64,000 bases of DNA, taken from positions 23,200,464-23,264,463 of the forward strand of contig NC_043011.1 in assembly GCF_006345805.1 (NCBI RefSeq). Reading direction: 5' to 3'. A program made the translations under genes and the position numbers. This document shows, in pieces, positions 55,181 through 64,000 of this stretch (position 1 is its first letter; every line of letters begins with the position of its first letter). The DNA is from Octopus sinensis (taxonomy: Eukaryota). The notes under the pieces were generated by a model. It was given only the letters and a program-made list of their open reading frames with translations, was not told where the DNA came from and ran no database searches.

Positions 55181-55901
55181 TAAATCAATTATTGTTACGC
55201 ATTGATTTATGTGTAACTGTAATTGATTTATGCACATGTTACGCATTGATTTATGTATACGCAGGCGCATGGCTTAATGGTTGGAGTGTTGGACTCATGA
55301 TCGAAACGTTGTGGTTTCGATTCCTGGACGAGGTGATGTGTTTTGTTTTTGAGCAAAATACTACATTTTACGTTGCTCCTGTCCACTCAGCTAGTAAAAC
55401 GAGTTATCCTGTGACAGACTGGCATCCCGTCCAGCAAGGAATATCCAGAGAAATCAGGAAACCGGCCCTATGCTTCTTAAGGGTATTGCGGACTAACCAT
55501 TGATTTATGTGTTCAACACAATGAATGTTGTTATTGTTGGTCGGTCATAGGCCGATCATGATTGAGGAGAGTTTGCAGCCGTGGTTAACCAGAACCGTAG
55601 CTAAGGGGACGAGCGCGAGGGATGGTCCACCGTGGGCAACGTTTTATGGAGGCCGCGACTTTTGCTCAGCTGTATAAACCCGTATAATTGAGGGAGGGTG
55701 CAGCAAACTTAAGGGTTGCTAGGGTGGTACTCTAGCTATGTCACTGTAGTTCTGTAGTTAACCCGTCATTTTGAATATATTGCCAAATGTGTCCTTCCTT
55801 CTCTTTTTTAAGATGATAGGGTAGGATTTTTAAGGGAGATTTTTGTGGTTGATTTGACTTCTTAGCAAAAGTGTATGTGACAGAGTGTATGTATATGCAT
55901 A

Positions 55902-57056
55902 CGGGGTGCGTTCAAAAAGTAACCGATTTTATTTTTTCCTCGCCGAAACTAATACCTATTTCTTTACTACCCACAAGGGGCTAAACACAGGGAGGACAAA
56001 CAAACGGATTAAGTCGATTATATCGACCCCAGTGCACAACTGGTACTTAATTTATCGACCCCGAAAGGATGAAGGGCAAAGTCGACCTCGGCGGAATTTG
56101 AATTCAGAACGTAACGGCAGACGAAATACGGCTACGCATTTCGCCCGGCGTGCTAACGTTTCTGTCAGCTCGCCAAAACTGATACTGCGAGAGCAAAATC
56201 CTTTAAGTGAGAGGTGACACCACCCTACCTGCGTATGCATGAAAATTTTCGCGCCGGTAGGCCGTAGCTGTTCTAGGGTGCTACGCCTAGTGTACAGGCA
56301 TGTAGTGCGCACTCGTCGGATTTTCGTTTCCACGCTAGATGACTGAACAGATGGAACGGAGATATTGCATCGAGTTTTGTCAAAAGCTTAGTGATACTCA
56401 AACTTAGACCGTCCAGAAGATTCAGCAGGCTTTTAACGATGATGTCATGGGTAATACTCAGATCAAGAAGTGATACAACTGCTTCAAACATGGCCGCGCT
56501 TCAGTGGAGAGCGAAGCACACTCAGGCAGGCTATCCACAAGCCGAAACGAGGAGGTGATTGAGACGGTTCGGCGGTTAGTTATTGAAGACCGTCGTGTAA
56601 CAATCCAGGAAATTGATCATGAAGTAGGAATAAGTACAGAATCAGTGCATTCCATTTTAATGGAGGATTTGTGCATGAGGAGAGTATTGGCAAAATTCGT
56701 CCCGAAGATGCTGGTGGAACAGCAGAAGCAACTCCACATGGAAATCGCTCAGGACATGCTGGACTGTACAAACCACGACCCAAAGTTCATGAAGGCCATC
56801 CTTACTGGTGATGAAAGATGGGTTTATGATCTCTATTCGATGCGTTCGGTCACTTTACGTGAAGACGAAAATCCGACGAGCGCACACTACGCATCTGTAC
56901 TTTAAGCGTAACAACCGGAAACTGACGCGGCCTACCGACACGAACATTTTCACACATGCGCAGAAAAGGTGCCGCCAGCTCTCACCCAAAGGATTTTGCC
57001 GTCGCGGCATTAACTTTAGCGAGAAAAATAATCGGATACTTTTTGAACGCACCTCG
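55902..57056 (+). mobile_element. Mariner-like element, internally deleted, with a nested SINE-C (about 55950-56173)
   Basis: TA TSDs at 55900-55901 and 57057-57058. TIRs CGGGGTGCGTTCAAAAAGTAACCG and reverse-complement CGAGGTGCGTTCAAAAAGTATCCG. Confidence 0.92.
56351..56830 (+). pseudogene. Mariner transposase pseudogene (N-terminal half)
   Basis: MERRYCIEFCQKL...*...RLVIEDRRVTIQEI...AKFVPKML (WVPHEL-like)...ILTGDERWVY (first catalytic Asp). Two in-frame stops, then truncated. Confidence 0.88.
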
Positions 57057-57253
57057 TACGTTTCAGTGAGTGAAAGCGAAGTTACTGGAAAGTGGGATGG
57101 GAAGTGATTTCATTGGTTAAATTATGTTATCCGATTTCAGTCAAGCACTAGAGGGTATTGATGTGATACTTTGCCTGACCTTCTTTCTGCATATGTGCTG
57201 TTCAATAGTACAGAATTCCTGCGATGCAAAAAATTCTGATTATTATGATATAA

Positions 57254-57683
57254 TAGGCGCAGGAGTGATTGTGTGGTAAGTAGCTTGTTAACCAACCACA
57301 TGGTTCCGGGTTCAGTCCCACTGCGTGGCATCTTGGGCAAGTGTCTTCTGCTATGGCCCCGGGCCGACCAATGCCTTGTGAGTGGATTGGTAGACGGAAA
57401 CTGAAAGAAGCCTGTCGTATATATGTATATATATATATATAATATATATATATATATATGTTGTGTTGTGTGTTTGTGTGTGTGGTGTGTGTTTGTCCCC
57501 CTAGCATTGCTTGACAACCGATGCTGGTGTGTTTACGTCCCCGTCACTTAGCGGTTCGGCAAAAGAGACCGATAGAATAAGTACTGGGCTCACAAAGAAT
57601 AAGTCCCGGGGTCGATTTGCTGCGACTCGCTAAAGCGGTGCTCCAGCATGGCCGTAGTCAAATGACTGAAACAAGTAAAAGAG
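57254..57683 (+). mobile_element. SINE family A
   Basis: Full unit. Confidence 0.85.
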
Positions 57684-58220
57684 TATATATATATATATAT
57701 ATATTTGCATGTACATACATATATTTGCATGTACATACATACAACAACTGCTATTTCTTATTTGCTTACCCCTAGAAAGTATGAAAAAGGCTTAATATTT
57801 CCTTCAAATATTGCTTTAGCTACATTTATTCAAACGCCCAAAAATTCCTTTTAACACATGGCTATGATGCTCCCCCACTACTCCTGCTCATGATCAGATA
57901 TGCATATATTGTCAGCTACTAAGGGACATACTCAAGTGGTTATGGTTAAGTAACTGACAAGCAAATTTATGGTATTGAAAAAATTATTTACAATAACGAT
58001 ATTTCTGGTTCTGCAAGTTTATGCTGAATCTGTCTGAAATGTAATGGAAAATAGGTCAGTTTCTGATTTTTTATTACCCACAAGGGGCGAAAAATAGGTC
58101 AGTTTCACAACATTAATGTCCAAGTCACAAAAGCAAAGTTTAAAGGGAATAGTGGTCATTTCTTTTGATTTCTAGATAAAAAGCAAATAAGAAATAACAC
58201 CAACCAACTAAAGACAAAGT

Positions 58221-58270
<50 letters not shown>

Positions 58271-58326
58271 GGAGATGTCTCGCATAGCAAGTGATTTGAT
58301 CTGAGATCGTGTGCTGAAACGAAAAC

Positions 58327-58478
58327 AATTGCAGCGTGGAATGTGTTTGTAAGCCATTTAAGAAACCACACAAAAAGCCGTTCGATTCACTTCAACATTT
58401 AAGTTTACAAATGTTGAAGTGAATCGAACGGCTTTTGTGGTTTTTTAAATGGCTTACAAACACCTCCACGCTGCAATT
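58327..58478. repeat. Near-perfect inverted repeat (74/70-nt arms, 8-nt loop)
   Basis: Arms 58327-58400 and 58409-58478. Confidence 0.95.
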
Positions 58479-58782
58479 ATATATATATATATAATATATA
58501 TGAACATAATGGAACAACACAGAATCCTCGACTCCATACTTTGAAATGACTAAACATGGACTACTATTGGAACATACATACCATGTTCAGGAAACTTTAT
58601 TACCACTTCTATACTCCACTTTCCTCGAATAATGGAAATGCAACTACAATATCTTTATGTATCTTGTATTTTATATGTACTTTCATTCTCTGATTTCCCT
58701 CTATATTCCCTATCTCCTCCTTTTCCATAATAATTCCTTATTTTGAGCTCAAATATTTACCTCTATTTAACCATCTCGCATC

Positions 58783-58830
58783 GTCTCTGATGAAGGGATA
58801 TCCATAATATCCCAGAAACAGCTGTTAGAC
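58783..58830 (+). ncRNA. Minimal type I hammerhead ribozyme motif, copy 1
   Basis: GTCT-CTGATGA-A-GGGATAT(CCATA)ATATCCC-A-GAA-ACAGCTGT-T-AGAC. Confidence 0.7.
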
Positions 58831-59230
58831 TATAAATATTATCTTTTTCCTTGTAAATGTCCTGAAAACTCTCACACACAGCCTTGGCTTGTTATCTCAT
58901 TTTGTCTAATATATAATATATATTATATAATATATATATATATATATATGAACAATATGAATGAACAACACAGAATCCTCGACTCCATACTTTGAAATGA
59001 CTAAACATGGACTACTATTGGAACATACATACCATGTTCAGGAAACTTTATTACCACTTCTATACTCCACTTTCCTCGAATATGAAATGCAACTACAATA
59101 TCTTTATGATCTTGTATTTTATATGTACTTTCATTCTCTGATTTCCCTCTATATTCCCTATCTCCTCCTTTTCCATAATAATTCCTTATTTTGAGCTCAA
59201 ATATTTACCTCTATTTAACCATCTCGCATC

Positions 59231-59278
59231 GTCTCTGATGAAGGGATATCCATAATATCCCAGAAACAGCTGTTAGAC
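59231..59278 (+). ncRNA. Minimal type I hammerhead ribozyme motif, copy 2
   Basis: Identical motif 448 nt downstream of copy 1. Confidence 0.7.
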
Positions 59279-60017
59279 TATAAATATTATCTTTTCCTTG
59301 TAAATGTCCTGAAAACTCCTCACAGCCTTGGCTTTGTTATCTCATTTGTGTCTAATATATATATATATATTATATATATATATATATAATATTATGTGGT
59401 GTGTTGTGTGTGTGTGTGTGGTGTGTGTGTGTGTGTGTGTGGTGTCTGTGTGTCTGTGTGTGTGTGCAGCGTGTTGTGTGCGTGCGTATGTGTGTAAAAT
59501 AAAAATTTTATTACACAGTGTATTAACCCTAACAGAAACGGTGAGCATACTCCATGCTGAATCTTAAGATCGCATACAGTTCTTTTACCGGTTAACTCCC
59601 GAGATCTCCTCAACTTGAATTGCATCCATATTAGTTTTATTTGAAAAGAGCAGACCCATAGTTTTTTTTATAAGACATTTGTATCAATCCAGCTAATCCT
59701 TTGCATGTCGTTAAGTAGATTAAAACTATTCTGTTTACAGGGATTTTTTTTTATTGCCATCAGTTGTTTCCCACCAAGTAATAAAAACAAATTGAGAATT
59801 TTAGTTAAGTGTTATCGTCCACATATTCATGAATTCACTTGCATTTACATTTGTCTGGGCATGTGGATGTGAGAAAGAGTGCTTGGATTTACATTTCTTT
59901 GCATGTACGTAGCAGTGTTGTTTTTTATGTATGAGTTCTGGAAGAGTATATGTGTGCATGTGTCGTATGTGATTGTGTGTGAGTGTGTATATGTGAGAAA
60001 TATATGTATGTATATAG

Positions 60018-60065
<48 letters not shown>

Positions 60066-60132
60066 TAATATGAGAGTGAGAGTATTATCAAAATACAATC
60101 TCTAGTAGCAAACGTACGGGCAAGTTAATAAA

Positions 60133-60172
<40 letters not shown>

Positions 60173-60615
60173 ACAACATATATATGTGTGCTTTTCGCGG
60201 GAAGGAAAGTTTCTATCGAAGATGCGTATTGCCTTCACCTTCGAAACGCAGAGTAGATGAATCAATGACGACTGAAGAAGGGGAATTTCCCTGTGTTATT
60301 TGTCCTGTACTCTATTTTTTCGTTGTTTAAGAAAAATGTCCAGTTCCTTGGTTTTGTGTTTATGTTTTCGTTTCTCATTGTGTTCGACGTTTTTTGGTGT
60401 CCTGTACCCATATATGCATGTATATATACATGTAGAGGTTGGTACGTACTTATATGTTTGTATATATGCATATGTTTTATTTATTAAATTATCATATACA
60501 TATATATAAGCACATGTCTTATATATTAATAATATGACAACAAAAGAATGAATGAGACCTCGATGTTATGTAAATAGAGGAATTTATCTATAAATATAAT
60601 GTGACAATTAATTGG

Positions 60616-60690
60616 TTGTCATAATAAAACTCAGAGCTTCGGATGCCGGGGCTGAAGTCTGCTCCGGCATCTCATCAGTTATTAAGACAA
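60616..60690 (-). ncRNA. Type I hammerhead motif (slightly decayed)
   Basis: Minus strand: TTGTCTTAATAA-CTGATGA-GATGCCGG(14 nt)CCGGCATC-C-GAAG-CTCTGAG-TT-TTATTATGACAA. Stem I has 11 of 12 bp and stem II has 8 bp. The core reads GAAG for GAAA. Confidence 0.65.
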
Positions 60691-60843
60691 GCAAAAACGC
60701 CATAAAAAAAAACGTTGAATAAAGGGAAATTACTCCAATAGGCGTGAGGAAGTAAAACTTCGTTCATAGAATCTGCATATGCATACATGTACACAGATAT
60801 AAACACGTACGCACACACACACACACGTGTGTATATATATATA

Positions 60844-60887
<44 letters not shown>

Positions 60888-61559
60888 CTCACACACGCGT
60901 GTACATATACATACAAACATACATATATATATATGTCTATACATATGTAAACATACATACATACAATACACGCATACACGCACATACACACTTATATATA
61001 CACATGCACGCATCATTATGTTTATATACACAGCTCTATACGCACATGCATATACATACGCGGATATACAAAACGTAGTCTATACGCACATGCACATACA
61101 CACGCATATAGACGTATATACAAATAACACATACGCAAAAACATAAACCGTAAAACATTCACATTCGCCGCAAAACTTGAATATACATATGAGTTATATA
61201 TGTATTTACACAAATACACCCTCCTGTCTGTCAAACACATCTATACCTGCAGATATATGAACGTATATACATGCATATATGTATGAAGAAAGGAGACAAG
61301 TACAACAGGTAAAGTTTTACACTCGTATATATACAATCATTCGTACATATGTATTTATGCAGGCATATACAGAGTTGATATATACTACACGCGTATATAG
61401 TTAGACAATTATAAAGGATGAAAAATAATATACAGAAAAGATATATAAAGCAATAAAACATATATATGAAATATATAAGAAATGTTCAGACATATGAAAG
61501 GCTTGTACGTGGAAATAATATAAAAAGCAGCTTCTATCTGTGATCTTGGGGTGTGCAAA

Positions 61560-62135
61560 AACGTAACAAATGTTTTGCCATATGTGGACATGATCCAAAA
61601 AGTTTAGTTCTTGAATTTAGACATGTAGCGGGGTCCAAGCTGCTTTTCTAGATGAGCCATCTTTCCCTATCGCAAAGACCGCACTTTCGGTTAAGATCTT
61701 CCAGTGAATCTTATAGCTGACACCTTTTTCTTTTAAGGACTATATATAACTGGATAATTTGGTTGTTTTGGTTATCCCAGTGTCTGAAGCTTAAGGTATG
61801 ATTTTTTAACCTGGCTTTAAAATTTCTTCTGTGAGACCCACATATTTCTTTAACGAAACTATGTCCTTAGTGGTTGTAGAGTCTACGGTGGCTTCATAAA
61901 TCACGGCCTCGGTCATACAAGCTCCATTTAGCAGACACAAATTTTTAACTCTGCAGGAACAGCCGACTTCATTTTGTTGTTTTTGTGTGTTGTCTGCAAT
62001 TATATTTTTAAAGTTTGTAGTAGAACTAAAACTAATTTTTAGGTTATGCCTATCAAAGAGCTTCCTATAATTATTTTTGATTGGAAAATGCCTATCATTA
62101 AGTGAAAAGAAATATCTATCTATACTAAAGGTCAC
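61560..62135 (-). mobile_element. Penelope-like element, GIY-YIG endonuclease region
   Basis: KLFDRHNLKISFS...CSCRVKNLCLLNGAC...VIYEATV...KYVGLTE, then after frameshifts KIHWKI...CGLCDRE..I...LNSRTKLFGSCPH. Same lineage as 10150-11780. Confidence 0.85.
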
Positions 62136-62327
62136 TTCGGAGGAGTAAGTGGTGTGAACCAGATAATTTTACTATTCCTATTTTCCCCTTTCCCACGCAC
62201 CTCCATTAAGATTGGATTTTGCCCGATGCTCTATCGACTCTGCAAATTCATCACCCATCACCACCACCACCACCACCACCACCACCACCATCACCAACAA
62301 CAACAACACCAACAACAACAACAACAA

Positions 62328-62459
62328 CCCTAACCCTAACCCTAAATTTTTTTTCGTAATTGTTAAATTAATTTAATTGTTACGCGTGTAAAAAAAACTA
62401 AAGCAATGGAATTAAATTAATTTAACAATTAAGAAAAAAAATTAGGGTTAGGGTTAGGG
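62328..62459. repeat. Palindrome capped by (CCCTAA)n ... (TTAGGG)n
   Basis: Arms 62328-62378 and 62410-62459. Confidence 0.9.
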
Positions 62460-62806
62460 GGAGGTTTAGGGGGGAGGTTTAGGGTTAGTTACAGGATGTT
62501 GTCTCAGTTTTAGACGCAGCAAATGATTTTAGTTGAATGGAGGTAATCGATTGGTTAAAATTGCCGAAATGCTCGGATTTTCAGACGAAATATCTTACAA
62601 ACTATAGAATTTTCTCAATAAAACCAAGAGAAAATGATATTTTATAAACACATTCTACCAGTATACGAAGTTTAAAAGTGTTTAGTTAACTAGAAATTGT
62701 GTTGACATCTGCCGTTCAAAAGGAAAGGATCCAAAATAAGTATCACTGAAGTATTATTATGTTCCATTTTACGCAAAATAAAATGTGTTTAAAAACTACA
62801 GACACA

Positions 62807-62856
<50 letters not shown>

Positions 62857-63007
62857 TAACATTTGCTAAAATTTGTACTTTGCACTTCCCGTGTTGTCTT
62901 CTTTCTGTGCCCATAACTTATTACATACAGAAATACATATCTATACCTACCTATCTCTCCCCCTCTCTGTCTGTCTGTTCTTTCTGTCTGTCAATCTGTC
63001 TTACGCA

Positions 63008-63068
<61 letters not shown>

Positions 63069-63154
63069 CACCAATGCGTTTTATGCATTTAATTTTAACA
63101 CAAATATTCTAGAGTGCTTGAAATAGTATGAGAGCGTTAGTATATAATTTTGGT

Positions 63155-63735
63155 AAGGCGGCGAGCTGGCAGAAACGTTAGCACGCCGGGCGAAATGCTT
63201 AGCGGTATTTCGTCTGCGTTACGTTGTGAGTTCAAATTCCGCCGAGGTCGACTTTGCCTTTCATCCTTTCGGGGTCGATAAATTAAGTACCAGTTACGCA
63301 CTGGGGTCGATGTAATCGACTTAATACCTATGTCTGTCCTTGTTTGTCCCCTCTGTGTTTAGCCCCTTGTGGGTAATAAAGAAATAGGTATTTCGTCTGC
63401 CGTTACGTTGTGAGTTCAAATTCCGCCGAGGTCGACTTTGCCTTTCATCCTTTCGGGGTCGATAAATTAAGTACCAGTTTGCACTGGGACCAATGTAATC
63501 GACTTAATCCGTTTGTCTGTCCTTGTCTGTCCACTCTATGTTTAGCCCCTTGTGGCTAGTAAAGAAATAGGTATTTCGTCTGTCTTTATGTTCTGAGCTC
63601 AAATTCCGCCGAGGTCGACTTTGCCTTTCATCCTTTCGGGGTCGATAAATTAAGTACCAGTTGCGTACTGGGGTCGATCTAATCGACTGGCCCCTTACCC
63701 CAAAATTTCGGGCCTTGCTCATAGGGTAGAAAAGA
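63155..63735 (+). mobile_element. Trimeric SINE family C
   Basis: One head, then units starting GTATTTCGTCTG at 63205, 63388 and 63571 (period 183). Confidence 0.9.
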
Positions 63736-64000
63736 ATATAAAATTTCGGTTTGACTATCTTCAAGCTTAATTCATCGTTTTAGGTTGTTTTTCTTTTTTT
63801 CTTTTCAATTATTTATTTGGCGAGGGTTAATGTGCTATGGAGTGGAAGAAGGGACTGTAAGGATGAAACTGAAAAGATATTGAGTCATTCTTTCACTCCT
63901 TTCACCTACGATTGGTTTTTCACTTCCAGCTTCATTGTGGGAAATATTCCAGAAATTTCTCATACAACCCGTTTTGTTTTACACTTAACCAAAAACTCAA

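Larger units (their letters stand above)
58500..59360 (+). repeat. About 450-bp tandem duplication (PLE pseudo-LTR-like), units separated by (TA)n
   Basis: GAACAACACAGAATCC at 58512 and 58963. The units differ only by small indels. Confidence 0.92.

Overview
Eukaryotic, AT-rich, microsatellite- and retroposon-dense genomic DNA. The repeat families suggest a coleoid cephalopod, probably Octopus; this is recognition from memory, not a database match. There is one intact host gene, on the minus strand: a secreted AA15-type lytic polysaccharide monooxygenase (LPMO). Four coding exons (32823-32635, 28282-27865, 24815-24576, 20557-20220) join in frame through GT-AG introns (phases 0, 1, 1) into a 394-aa protein. 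It has a signal peptide, a His1/His91 copper brace, a long Ser/Thr linker and an unassigned C-terminal 6-Cys module. A candidate non-coding first exon and TATA promoter lie near 35.4-35.6 kb. The rest is decayed mobile DNA: RTE, CR1 and L1/Tx1 LINEs, at least two lineages of Penelope-like elements (PLEs), mariner, Tc1, maT, hAT, pogo and piggyBac-type relics, MITEs, and several tRNA-headed SINE families. The main unexplained structures are (i) several hammerhead-ribozyme motifs, including a tandem pair 448 nt apart with a retrozyme-like layout, (ii) Tx1 LINE 3' ends sitting inside (TATC)n arrays and sharing a tail with a SINE that forms 183-bp multimers, and (iii) several long hairpins, one capped by outward-facing TTAGGG repeats. 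Repeat boundaries were read by eye and are approximate unless a TSD or TIR is quoted.
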